A stretch of DNA of 60,741 bases from an uncultured Eubacteriaceae bacterium. GTDB lineage: Bacteria; Bacillota; Clostridia; Lachnospirales; CAG-274. The notes under the pieces are model-generated. The model worked only from the letters and a program-made list of their open reading frames with translations, was not told the origin of the DNA and searched no databases. A program made the translations under genes and the position numbers. Where the stretch lies: the NCBI GenBank assembly GCA_948441255.1, contig CAOJPS010000001.1, forward strand, positions 1 to 60,741, written 5' to 3'. Below, one piece after another: positions 22,601-32,283 of this stretch (its first letter is position 1; each line of letters begins with the position of its first letter).

Positions 22601-24811
22601 TCAGTCAATTTTTTTGAATTTTGACAGCGCCGCCATAAATTTTTTGGTTCCTGCTGACGGAAATTCTACTGTGACCTCGTAGTCCGCTCCAGCCGGGGAA
22701 ATGCTTGTAACTGTTCCTATTCCGTATTTGGCTTGTTTAACTTTATCGCCAACTTTAAAATCTATGATGACGTTTTTTGGCGAAAGCATTTTTGAATAGG
22801 AAGAATAATTTTTGTTTTCCCTTGGATTGTACTTGGAAGAAACTGTTGCGGGGGATTTTACCGTTTTATTAGAGTTTTTTGAGGAAAAAATATCATTTTC
22901 AATAAATTCATCAGGCAGCTCTTTTATAAATCTTGAAGGGGCGTTTGAAATGTAGTTTCCGTGCTGAAGCCTTGTTTTCGCGCAAGTTATGTACAGCTGT
23001 TTTTTTGCTCTTGTTATTCCTACATAACAAAGCCGCCTTTCTTCCTCAACGGCTGTGGGAGAGGGTTCTAAAATACTTCTGTAGCTTGGGAAAATTCCTT
23101 CCTCAAAACCAGCTATGAAAACAACTGGAAATTCAAGCCCTTTTGAACTGTGCAGTGTCATAAGCACAACTGTGTCATCTTCCTCGGAATAGTTGTCTAT
23201 ATCGGCTACAAGAGCAACTTCCTCAAGAAACGCTGATAAATCGGATTTTTCGGAATGTTCCTCAAATTCGGCGGCTTTTGAGATAAGCTCATTTAAATTG
23301 TCTATTCTTCCTTGCGCTTCTTCTGTTCCCTCTTTTTCCAACTCTTCTTTATAGCCTGTTTTAAGCATAACTGTTTCTAAAAGGTCTTTTATGTTAAGAC
23401 TTAAAACATCTTCGCTTAAATCGGAAATTAATTTTCTGAAATCTGAAAGCTTTTTGCTTCGGATTTTTAATTCCGGAATTTCTTCTACATTACGTAAAGC
23501 GTCATAAACAGATATTTCATTACTGTCAGCGAAAGCGGAAACTTTTTCTACAGTGGCGTCGCCTATGCCCCGTTTCGGAACGTTTATAATTCTTTTTAAA
23601 GCAACATCGTCGGAGGGATTATACAAGACTTTTAAATAACACATTATATCTTTTATCTCTTTTCGGCTGTAAAACGGTACTCCGCCAAGAAGACGGTAGG
23701 GGATTGAGTCTTTTACAAGCCTATCTTCTATTGTTCTGGAAAGCGCGTTGTTTCTATATAAAATGGCGAAGTCTTTGTATTCTCGTCCTTTTTCTTTTCC
23801 TTTTTTTATTTCGGAGGCTATGAACATTGCTTCCTCAAGGTCACTTTCGGCTTTTTTATATTTTATAAGTCCGCCTTTTTCGTTGTCTGTCCAAAGTTCT
23901 TTGTCTTTTCGGCTGAAATTGTTTTTTATTACAGCGTTTGCGGCGTCAAGTATTGTTTTGGTGGAACGATAGTTTTGCTCAAGTTTTATTACAGAAGCGT
24001 TTTTGAAATCTTTCTCGAAATCTAATATATTTCTTATGTTTGCCCCCCTCCAGCCATATATGCTTTGGTCATCATCTCCTACAACACAAAGGTTTTGATA
24101 TTTTGAAGATAATTGGCGTATCAAATTGTATTGGCAGGAATTGGTATCTTGGTATTCATCTACCATTATATACAAAAAACGGTCACGATATTTTTCGAGA
24201 ATGTCGGGGTTTTGTGAAAATAATTGTACAGTTTTGAATATTAAATCGTCAAAGTCAAGAGAGTTATTTTGTTTCATTCTTTTTTGATATTCGGTATATA
24301 CTCTTGAAATTGTTTTCATTCTAAAATCATCTCCGGCAAGTTCTGAATATGCCGCGGCTGAGATGAGTTCGTTTTTTTGACCGCTTATCTCATTCATAAT
24401 CATTTTTGCCGGAAAGTTTTTGTCGTTTATGTTAAATGTTTTCAATATATCTTTTATCAGTCTTTCACTGTCATCAGAATCGTAAATTGTAAACTGAGAG
24501 GTATAGCCGAGCCGGTCTATATCTCTTCTGAGTATGCGGACGCAGGAAGAATGGAATGTGCTTACCCATACGTCTTTTCCGAAAGGAGTGATTTTTTCTA
24601 CACGTTCTTTCATTTCTTTTGCCGCTTTATTTGTGAAAGTGATTGCCATAATATTATATGGTCTTATTCCCTGTTCAATTAAATAGGCTATTCTATGAGT
24701 TAAAACTCTTGTTTTTCCGGAACCCGCTCCAGCTAAAAGCAAAAGCGGTCCTTCTGTTTTTAAAACTGCTTTTTTCTGCATTGGGTTTAATCCCGTTGTT
24801 AAATCTGACAT
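22601..24811 (-). CDS. pcrA: ATP-dependent DNA helicase PcrA (UvrD family)
   Basis: LLLLAGAGSGKTRVLTHRIAYL, VDEYQDTN, VGDDDQSIYGWRGA and a C-terminal Tudor-like tail. Confidence 0.95.
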   Translation of the reverse strand: MSDLTTGLNPMQKKAVLKTEGPLLLLAGAGSGKTRVLTHRIAYLIEQGIRPYNIMAITFTNKAAKEMKERVEKITPFGKDVWVSTFHSSCVRILRRDIDRLGYTSQFTIYDSDDSERLIKDILKTFNINDKNFPAKMIMNEISGQKNELISAAAYSELAGDDFRMKTISRVYTEYQKRMKQNNSLDFDDLIFKTVQLFSQNPDILEKYRDRFLYIMVDEYQDTNSCQYNLIRQLSSKYQNLCVVGDDDQSIYGWRGANIRNILDFEKDFKNASVIKLEQNYRSTKTILDAANAVIKNNFSRKDKELWTDNEKGGLIKYKKAESDLEEAMFIASEIKKGKEKGREYKDFAILYRNNALSRTIEDRLVKDSIPYRLLGGVPFYSRKEIKDIMCYLKVLYNPSDDVALKRIINVPKRGIGDATVEKVSAFADSNEISVYDALRNVEEIPELKIRSKKLSDFRKLISDLSEDVLSLNIKDLLETVMLKTGYKEELEKEGTEEAQGRIDNLNELISKAAEFEEHSEKSDLSAFLEEVALVADIDNYSEEDDTVVLMTLHSSKGLEFPVVFIAGFEEGIFPSYRSILEPSPTAVEEERRLCYVGITRAKKQLYITCAKTRLQHGNYISNAPSRFIKELPDEFIENDIFSSKNSNKTVKSPATVSSKYNPRENKNYSSYSKMLSPKNVIIDFKVGDKVKQAKYGIGTVTSISPAGADYEVTVEFPSAGTKKFMAALSKFKKID

Positions 24812-24829
24812 TTTTATTCTCCTTGAAAT

Positions 24830-24922
24830 TAGACTTCTTTCGAAACTTCATATTGATACAAATATTGTAGAAAATATTTTTTTGTTGGATTGGAGTAATT
24901 TTGCGGTTTCGAAAGAAGTCTA
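24830..24922. mobile_element. Family-A MITE-like element, short form (93 bp)
   Basis: TA|GACTTCTTTCGAAAC ... GTTTCGAAAGAAGTC|TA. The terminal TAG on the minus strand is the yerC stop codon. Confidence 0.8.
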
Positions 24923-25207
24923 TTGATTAAGTCTGTTTAAAATTATTTTATAGCCGCCGCTTCCATAATTTAAAGCACGGTTTACTCTGCTTATTGTAGC
25001 TGTGGAAGCTCCGGTTTTTTGGACTATAGCGCTATAGGTTTCACCGTCTGTAAGCATTTTGGCGACTTCTAATCTTTGAGCCAGGCTTTTCAGTTCGTTG
25101 ACAGTGCAGATGTCCTCAAAAAATTTATAGCATTCGGATATGTTTTTCAATTCTAATATAGAGGAAAAAAGCATATCGCAGGAAAAGGTTTTTAATTTGT
25201 CATTCAC
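24920..25207 (-). CDS. YerC/YecD family TrpR-related DNA-binding protein
   Basis: LKSLAQRLEVAKMLTDGETYSAIVQKTGASTATISRVNRALNYGSGGYK. Confidence 0.85.
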   Translation of the reverse strand: MNDKLKTFSCDMLFSSILELKNISECYKFFEDICTVNELKSLAQRLEVAKMLTDGETYSAIVQKTGASTATISRVNRALNYGSGGYKIILNRLNQ

Positions 25208-25234
25208 AAAATCACCACCATTGCAATAGAGTAA

Positions 25235-25258
25235 TAGACTTTTTTTGAAAGAAGTCTA
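25235..25258. repeat. Family-A minimal palindrome (two terminal repeats back to back)
   Basis: TAGACTTTTTTTGAAAGAAGTCTA, read directly. Confidence 0.6.
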
Positions 25259-25627
25259 ATCAGTAACAGGCGTTTACGCAAGTTATTATCATTTTAACAC
25301 TTTAACTCTGTAAATTCAAGAAGTGTTTTTATGATATGAAAAAAATATGTAAAAGGAACTTTTCTTTTGTGCATATTTACCAAAGAGTTATTTTTGATAA
25401 ATATTCGTCAAAATAGTTGTACGTATACGTATTTATTTTTGCTGTTAGTATTTATATGGGGTTAAAAAGTTGAAATATACTTATGTTATTAAAGTTTAAT
25501 GAGTTTTTTTTCTGGAGTTTTTTGTATGATATTCGTACAGAAAATGTTTTTTGAGCGAACAATAAAATATTACTTTTTTAAGTTGATTTATGCGTTTTGT
25601 ACAAAAGGGAGAAAAAAAGCCGGGTTA

Positions 25628-25656
25628 TTGACGAGGGTATTTTTGGTATGATAATA
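25628..25656 (+). promoter_or_regulatory. Candidate promoter for the pectinesterase gene (TTGACG-16 nt-GATAAT)
   Basis: Hexamers read directly. If it is used, the family-A element at 25673-25843 lies in the 5' UTR. Confidence 0.3.
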
Positions 25657-25672
25657 TTATGATAAGTCATAA

Positions 25673-25843
25673 TAGACTTCTTTCGAAACTCCATGTTGAT
25701 ATAAGTATCGTTATAAAAAAATATTTCACTCAATGTTTTTTTTACGCTTTCGGCGTTTAAAAAGCAAAACGCCTAACGCTTCACATTGAATAAAATATTT
25801 TTTTGTTGGATTGATGTAATTTTACGGTTTCGAAAGAAGTCTA
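25673..25843. mobile_element. Family-A MITE-like element, long form (171 bp)
   Basis: It has the same TA-flanked 15-17-bp terminal inverted repeats and an internal hairpin GGCGTTT-n7-AAACGCC. Confidence 0.8.
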
Positions 25844-25905
25844 ATGTTAAACAAAAATGGGTTTGTTTGACTTGATTATATAATAATTTAAAGGGAGGAA
25901 AAAAG

Positions 25906-28900
25906 ATGAACAAACAGATTAGACGTTATTTAAGCGCTGTTATCGCTATGGCGCTTATGTTTACAAGCGTGTTTTCCAATGTTGTTTTGGCGGAAGAAGA
26001 AACCGTTGGTATTGAGGACGTTTCGGCAGACGAGAATGCGGATTTAGGCGGAGATTCGGAAGACGCTGACATTAATGGGGAAACCGATGAAGCAACAGAA
26101 GATGTACAAGATGACAAGGATACGGAGGATGTAATTGAAGACGGGGCGCTTGATCTCGCGGCGGTTACTTATGATGATACGGATATAAGCCTTGCCGCGG
26201 CGGCAACTTATGAGGACTTCGTTAAGCAGTTTGACACGGCTCAGGGCGGTACGCCTGTTGCTGTTGGCGAAACAAAAACTTATACTATTCACAGAACGGA
26301 TTCAAGTCAGGAAGCGATATCATTATCAAACGGTTCTAAAGAAGTCGGCGGAATTTGGTTTGAAGCTACGGCAAGCGGAAGCAAATTACAGGATAACGGC
26401 GTGTCAAACGGTGTTCAGGTTGGAACAAATACAGTGCTGTATGTTCCTGTGAACGGAAAGTCAAATATTACGTTTACTACAGGATATAATACCGCGACTG
26501 TAAAGGTTACTGATGAACTTGGATATGACGATTCATTTGATATTAATCAAAGCGCCTGGGGACCAGATATTTATGAGTATACGGGAAAATCAACAACTGT
26601 CGTTAAGTTTACTATCAGCAGCGGAAGTATATATATAAAAACTATTGATGCTGTTTCTGAAGGTGTGCAGGAAGGTCCGGAACCTGTAACTTGGGAAAAG
26701 AGAGATTTCGCTCTCAATATTAATGGAACAAGTGTTAATGTTGAGGGAGCGAATAAGAAAAGCGGTTCCGCGACAATTACTATTGATGACACAGACGCTG
26801 AAATAGTTTCGGCGGAAGCTAAAGAGGCTTCAATTAAACTTAATCTTGGCGGAAAAGCTTTAAGTTCTGATATGGTTTCGACAACTACTGAAGGTATTGA
26901 GATAAGTGTTGAGGGCGATAATGTGGTTGTAAGTTTTACGGGACAAACAATTGAGCCTTTGACCTATACTATTTCTATAGCTGATTACTCAACGGAAATT
27001 AAAAGCGCGGAGGAATTCGCGGCGAAATTTGATGAGACAAAGGGCGGTACTCCTGTTACTGTTGAAGAGGAATATACATATAACTTTGGAGGACTTATAT
27101 ACGACGGCGGTTATTTTAAAAAAGCCTCAGAAGCTGGAGAAACAAATAAAATGTGGGTTGACGCTACTACAGGCAGCGGATTGAGAAATAACGGCGATAA
27201 TTGCCAGGTTGGCATAGGAGCGGTATTTTATATACCTGTAAATGGGAAAACCACATTAACTTTTAATACTTACGGCGGAGTATACGGCGAAGGTACTTTT
27301 AAAATCAGTGATTCCACTGGTGAATATACTGAACAGAATTTTTCAACTACAGGAGCAGGAGATACAACTGACCAGTTTGTGTATGATGGAAAATCAAAAA
27401 CAGTAATTAAACTTGACCTTACAGGAGCGGGAGCAAAAGGATTTTATTTGAAGAGCATTAAAGCTGTTTCTGAGGGCGTGCAGGCAGGTCCTACTTGGGA
27501 AAAGAGAGATTTCGCTCTAAGTATCAACGGAACAAACGTTAATGTTGAGGGAGCGGCAACCGAAAGCGGCTCGGCAAAAATCACTATTGATGACACAGAC
27601 GCTTCGGTAGTTTCGGCAAAGGCTAAAGAGGCTTCATTGAAACTTAACCTTGGCGGAAAAGCTTTAAGTTTTGATATGGTTTCGACAACTACGGAGGGTA
27701 TTTCAACAAGTGTTGAGGGCAATAATGTGGTTGTAAGTTTTACGGGGCAAACAATCGAGCCTTTGACTTATACTATAAAAGTAATTGATTACTCAACAGA
27801 AATTAAAAGCGCAGAGCAATTCGCGGCGCAGTTTGACGAAACAAAGGGAGGTACTCCTGTTGCTGTTGGAGAAGAAAAAACATATACTCTTGAGGTTACA
27901 GACGCAAGCAAAGGCGTGACTATTGAGGGAAGCGCTCAGGAAGTTTCCGGAATTTGGGTTGACGCCGCAAATGGAAAATTTGATAACGTCGCAACGGGCA
28001 GACTTGGAAACGGGGCACAGTTAAACGGAGGTACGGTTATTTATGTTCCCGTAAACGGAAAATCAACTATTATATTTAGTACGGGATATAACAACGCTTC
28101 AGTGGATGTTTCTGACGACCTTGAATATGAGGATTCATTTAGTATCGCTCAAGGCGGCTGGGGAACAGACACTTATGAATATATTGGAAAATCGAAAACA
28201 GTTGTTAAGTTTACTCTTAAAGGTCAGCTGTATATAAAAAATATTAAGGTCACCTCTGAGGGAGTTCAGGAGGGAGATGTTAAAACCTGGGAAAAAAGAG
28301 ATTTCAGCTTTAAAATTAACGGGGTGCCTGTTAATGTTACAGGTGCGGATAAAAAAGCTGAATCGGCAGTGATTGACCCAACTAATATAACTGTTGTTTC
28401 CGCTTCGTCAACAGACGCTTATCTTAGACTTGACCTTGGCGGAAAAGAACTGACGAAAGAATTGATTACGGAACTTACGGAAGGCACAGAGGCTGATATT
28501 GTTGACGGAAATGTGGTTATAAGCTTTGTGGGCGCTACAGTTGAGCCTAAAACATTTACTTTTAAAATGGTTGACTCGAGTATTGCCCTGGAACCTGTGG
28601 CAGGTGAAACTTATACCTATGATTTTACAAAAGGTGTTGTTCTTCCGGCTTCTGTAGGAAAGGTTAATACATTTGTTACTGATGACGGACTTATGACTAT
28701 TAACGGCGGCGGTGAATTATATTATTATAATACCCACGGTATCGCTATGTATGATGGAAACAGCTTTGAAATTAAAGTGGCTGGCGACGCTTCCGTTTCG
28801 TTTGGCTGTTGTACTTACGGTTCGGCTAAGACTATGACGGCGGCTGTGAAGGACGGAAACGGAGTTGTAACTCCTCTGAGCGATGATATCTCCGGTTCGT

Positions 28901-31842
28901 CAAATAACGGTATAAGAGGAGAGGGAGAAGCTGTTATTTTCTCTTACAAAGGAGAGCCGACAACACTTGTGTTTACTGTTGGAGCGGCAGGAGAAGGTTA
29001 TCTTCACTCTATAACTGTTCAGAACGTAAAAACAAACCTTGATATCGAAAATAACGGTAAAATTGACGTTTGGGATTTTGGCGCTTATCAGATGGATTCT
29101 GAAAAATATAATAATCTGCTTAACGCTGACGTGATTAACGGCTGGTATAATGGTGTTGCCGCGGGAACAGCGGGAGTTAATTTTGTTGAAACATTTACCG
29201 CGGGAAATCTCTCTTGGACTGGTAAATCAAATAACAGATTAAGAACAACAAACACAGCGCTTACACGTACTGACGAGGGTACTAGCGTAACATCAATTAA
29301 GGGATTTGACGCGGCGAAACTGAATATTAACGGCTGTATTTATGTGAACAGTTCTTCCGGCGGAGGTTCTTTCGCTCTTGATTTGCTTAAAGATGATGTG
29401 GTTTATGTTTATGTTAAGATGGATAACGGTGATGACTTTATTACATTTACCAAAGTTGGAAATACTTCTCCAAACGCTTCTGTTAAAGCCGCTATAGACG
29501 GAAGTATTGTTAAATTTATCGCTCCTGAAACGGGAACATATATGATTACTGATACTACGGAAGCCGGAAAAGCGAGATATTATCGCATTACAAGAGAACA
29601 CGCTGAATATGTTACACTTAAAGGTGTTCTTGATGTTCCGGAAGATATGGCGTCTGATTATGAGATTATAATTAGAAACTCTGAAACAAAAGCGGAAACT
29701 GCCGCTCAGATAGACGAAAACGGAAATTACAGCGCTGAACTTTCGGCAGGATATGATTATGAAATAAGACTTGGCAACGCTAAAGGATTTAGAATTTCTA
29801 AAGGAAATAAAATAATTATTGACGGTTCGTCGAAAGAAGTTGTAAATGATATTAAAGTGGTTCCCGTTAATTATATTACATATTCGGGTACACTTTCTGG
29901 ATTTGACGCTGGATATGATATTTCAAAAGCGGAATTTTACTATGAGCCTGTTGATAATGATGATAAACTTAGTTATGGAAACGCTGAATTTGTTATTGAC
30001 GAAAATGGAAAATATACTGTTAAGCTTGCTGAAAATATTACTTACAGACTTGTTATGAAAAATGTGAACGATTATGAGTCTGTTTTGGGCGGTGAAATTA
30101 CCGCTGAGGGCGATAAAAAAGTTGATGACAGCATAGAATGCGTATATGGAGATATTAACGGCGATAATTATCTTACGGCGTCCGATGTCGCTATGGTGCT
30201 TTCTTACACTCTTTCCCCTGATAAAGAGGGATTGTTTACAGATAAACAGTTTAAAGCGGCGGAAGTTGACGGAACTTATCCTATAACGGTGAATGACGCT
30301 TCACTTATTTTGCAGAAGGTTCTTAATTCAAAAAATGAATTCCCTGTTGTTTTGAACGGAGGAGTTATCAGCGGCGGAGATAAAGTTAATTCTAATATTG
30401 AGGTTGCCGCTAAGGATGTTTATACTATTACGGGAAGTTTTGTGACTTCAGACGGCGGAACCGTAAATGTGAGCGGTTTGACATTTACAAGACTTGACGA
30501 CGGATATGTTTATAACGCTGAAATTACTGGCGGAGTCTACAGCGTTAAACTTAGAGACGGCGATTATGAGATTTCCGCTTCCACGGAAGATTCTTATAAA
30601 TCGGCAAGCCATATTGTTGTTAATGGCGCTGACGCTGTTAAGGATATTTATTTCCTTTCCACAAGCGTAACTAAGATTCCTTACGCTAAAGACGTTTATG
30701 TTGACAATGAAGCAGGGGATTATCATTACGCTACTCTTAAAGAGGCTATTGACGCTGTTAATAATATGGATAAAACTCCTTCAAGCGAGGCTGAAAGAAT
30801 TACAATTCATATTGCTCCGGGAACATACAGAGCGCAGTATTCGCTTACTATGCCTTATGTTTCTCTTGTAAATACTGACCCGAGCCAGAAAGTTTTGGTT
30901 ACTTGGTATTATGGTATTGGATATAAATATTACAGCGCCGATTCTTCAGGATTGTATAACCCTATTAACGCCGCTGACAAGTATCTTAAAAATGGAAAGT
31001 CAACTCCATCAACTTCAGACGTTAAACAATGGGGCGCTTCATTCTTTATTCAGGCGACAGCTACTGATTTCCGTGCGGAAAATATATATTTTGAAAACTC
31101 ATTTAACAAGTATATTACACAAGAGGAAATTGATGATGGTGTTGAGCCTAATTTAGCTCAAGGTATAAGATTTGACAGAACTAATTTAAACGCTGACGTG
31201 AAGAGCAAAGCGGCTACGGAAAGAGCCGCGGCTATAGTCGCTTTGGCTGACAGAGCGGAATTTTACAATTGTACGTTTAGTTCTAGCCAAGATACGCTGT
31301 ATATGGGCGGAGGTACTCATCAGTATTATAATAACTGCTTTATTGAGGGTATGACAGATTATATATTTGGCGACGGTGAAATTGTGTTTGACAAGTGTAC
31401 TCTTAATTTCTGCGGATACAGCGACAGCACGATTGGCGGATATATTACGGCTACAAGAGTAGAATCCGGCGGAGAAGGATATCTCTTTAAAGACTGTGAT
31501 ATTACAAGAAACAGCGATGAAGGTATTAAAGTTGGAACAGGATACCTTGGAAGACCTTGGAATCAGAATGCTACAGTTAAATTTATCAATACGCAAATTG
31601 AAAACAAAAAAGCTGATAAATCAAATGCTGAAGATTCGGAAGACCTTATAAATAAAAGAGGCTGGAGCGATTGGGATTCTGGAGTTACCGCTGATAAAGC
31701 TAATTATTATCAGTATAATATGACTTACGGGGATAACGAATGGAAAATGGATAAAGGTACAGAACTTACCCAAGAAGAAGCTGACGCTGTTAATATGACA
31801 GATTATTTTGGAGGCTGGACTCCCGCTCATTATGGTGAATAA
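25906..31842 (+). CDS. Secreted 1978-aa cellulosomal pectin methylesterase (CE8) with three N-terminal ~265-aa modules, Ig/CarbopepD-like repeats and an internal type-I dockerin
   Basis: Signal peptide MNKQIRRYLSAVIAMALMFTSVFSNVVLA. The dockerin is GDINGDNYLTASDVAMVL...AEVDGTYPITVNDASLILQKVL (~30142-30333). CE8 motifs are IHIAPGTYRAQ, SSQDTLY, DYIFGDG and YLGRPW (~30721-31839). Confidence 0.9.
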   Translation: MNKQIRRYLSAVIAMALMFTSVFSNVVLAEEETVGIEDVSADENADLGGDSEDADINGETDEATEDVQDDKDTEDVIEDGALDLAAVTYDDTDISLAAAATYEDFVKQFDTAQGGTPVAVGETKTYTIHRTDSSQEAISLSNGSKEVGGIWFEATASGSKLQDNGVSNGVQVGTNTVLYVPVNGKSNITFTTGYNTATVKVTDELGYDDSFDINQSAWGPDIYEYTGKSTTVVKFTISSGSIYIKTIDAVSEGVQEGPEPVTWEKRDFALNINGTSVNVEGANKKSGSATITIDDTDAEIVSAEAKEASIKLNLGGKALSSDMVSTTTEGIEISVEGDNVVVSFTGQTIEPLTYTISIADYSTEIKSAEEFAAKFDETKGGTPVTVEEEYTYNFGGLIYDGGYFKKASEAGETNKMWVDATTGSGLRNNGDNCQVGIGAVFYIPVNGKTTLTFNTYGGVYGEGTFKISDSTGEYTEQNFSTTGAGDTTDQFVYDGKSKTVIKLDLTGAGAKGFYLKSIKAVSEGVQAGPTWEKRDFALSINGTNVNVEGAATESGSAKITIDDTDASVVSAKAKEASLKLNLGGKALSFDMVSTTTEGISTSVEGNNVVVSFTGQTIEPLTYTIKVIDYSTEIKSAEQFAAQFDETKGGTPVAVGEEKTYTLEVTDASKGVTIEGSAQEVSGIWVDAANGKFDNVATGRLGNGAQLNGGTVIYVPVNGKSTIIFSTGYNNASVDVSDDLEYEDSFSIAQGGWGTDTYEYIGKSKTVVKFTLKGQLYIKNIKVTSEGVQEGDVKTWEKRDFSFKINGVPVNVTGADKKAESAVIDPTNITVVSASSTDAYLRLDLGGKELTKELITELTEGTEADIVDGNVVISFVGATVEPKTFTFKMVDSSIALEPVAGETYTYDFTKGVVLPASVGKVNTFVTDDGLMTINGGGELYYYNTHGIAMYDGNSFEIKVAGDASVSFGCCTYGSAKTMTAAVKDGNGVVTPLSDDISGSSNNGIRGEGEAVIFSYKGEPTTLVFTVGAAGEGYLHSITVQNVKTNLDIENNGKIDVWDFGAYQMDSEKYNNLLNADVINGWYNGVAAGTAGVNFVETFTAGNLSWTGKSNNRLRTTNTALTRTDEGTSVTSIKGFDAAKLNINGCIYVNSSSGGGSFALDLLKDDVVYVYVKMDNGDDFITFTKVGNTSPNASVKAAIDGSIVKFIAPETGTYMITDTTEAGKARYYRITREHAEYVTLKGVLDVPEDMASDYEIIIRNSETKAETAAQIDENGNYSAELSAGYDYEIRLGNAKGFRISKGNKIIIDGSSKEVVNDIKVVPVNYITYSGTLSGFDAGYDISKAEFYYEPVDNDDKLSYGNAEFVIDENGKYTVKLAENITYRLVMKNVNDYESVLGGEITAEGDKKVDDSIECVYGDINGDNYLTASDVAMVLSYTLSPDKEGLFTDKQFKAAEVDGTYPITVNDASLILQKVLNSKNEFPVVLNGGVISGGDKVNSNIEVAAKDVYTITGSFVTSDGGTVNVSGLTFTRLDDGYVYNAEITGGVYSVKLRDGDYEISASTEDSYKSASHIVVNGADAVKDIYFLSTSVTKIPYAKDVYVDNEAGDYHYATLKEAIDAVNNMDKTPSSEAERITIHIAPGTYRAQYSLTMPYVSLVNTDPSQKVLVTWYYGIGYKYYSADSSGLYNPINAADKYLKNGKSTPSTSDVKQWGASFFIQATATDFRAENIYFENSFNKYITQEEIDDGVEPNLAQGIRFDRTNLNADVKSKAATERAAAIVALADRAEFYNCTFSSSQDTLYMGGGTHQYYNNCFIEGMTDYIFGDGEIVFDKCTLNFCGYSDSTIGGYITATRVESGGEGYLFKDCDITRNSDEGIKVGTGYLGRPWNQNATVKFINTQIENKKADKSNAEDSEDLINKRGWSDWDSGVTADKANYYQYNMTYGDNEWKMDKGTELTQEEADAVNMTDYFGGWTPAHYGE
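26209..28575 (+). repeat. Three tandem ~0.8-kb coding modules inside the pectinesterase gene
   Basis: Modules start at about 26209, 27007 and 27811 (..F(V/A)(K/A)(Q/K)FD(T/E).(Q/K)GGTPV..). Sub-blocks ~26692-27065 and ~27495-27868 are near-identical at the DNA level by eye. Confidence 0.8.
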
Positions 31843-31870
31843 ACAGATGAGAAATTAAAGACAAATAAGA

Positions 31871-31906
31871 AAAAGACTCATTCCTTTAAAGGTTTGAGTC
31901 TTTTTT
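31871..31906 (+). terminator. Pectinesterase gene terminator (AAAAGACTCA-n14-TGAGTCTTTTTT)
   Basis: Stem plus T6 read directly, 29 nt after the stop codon. Confidence 0.8.
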
Positions 31907-31930
31907 GATTTTATGGAGGACTTATGATTC

Positions 31931-32125
31931 ACATTCGTTTCATAAATTAAAACCACGGGGCTTTGCCCCGCATCCCACAAGCTAATCAGTGTTTTTGGCT
32001 TCGCCAAAAATCGGCTTACGCCGACCGCACTTCTTTGCGGCACATATTAAAAAGGCTTGACCTAAATTTTATAAGGCAAAACTTTGTTTTGCCAGAGAAA
32101 AACTAAAATTATCGGCTAAATTAAT
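31931..32125 (-). repeat. Composite repeat F1 (a C-type unit with a family-B unit inserted at 31983-32043)
   Basis: It is the reverse complement of 36081-36212, plus a 61-bp B insertion inside the AAGCCTTTTTAAAGGCTT hairpin. Confidence 0.8.
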
Positions 32126-32283
32126 TTTAATTGCAGTATTTTTAAATTGCCGCAAGGTATATTATTACATCAAAAATTTATGAGATGAACGTGCTTATGA
32201 TTTTTATGTGCTTGTGCCGGCATTATTATTGTGTTATAATATCCTTATAATGGTTTACGCGGAATGGAAAGGAGCTTTCCTTT

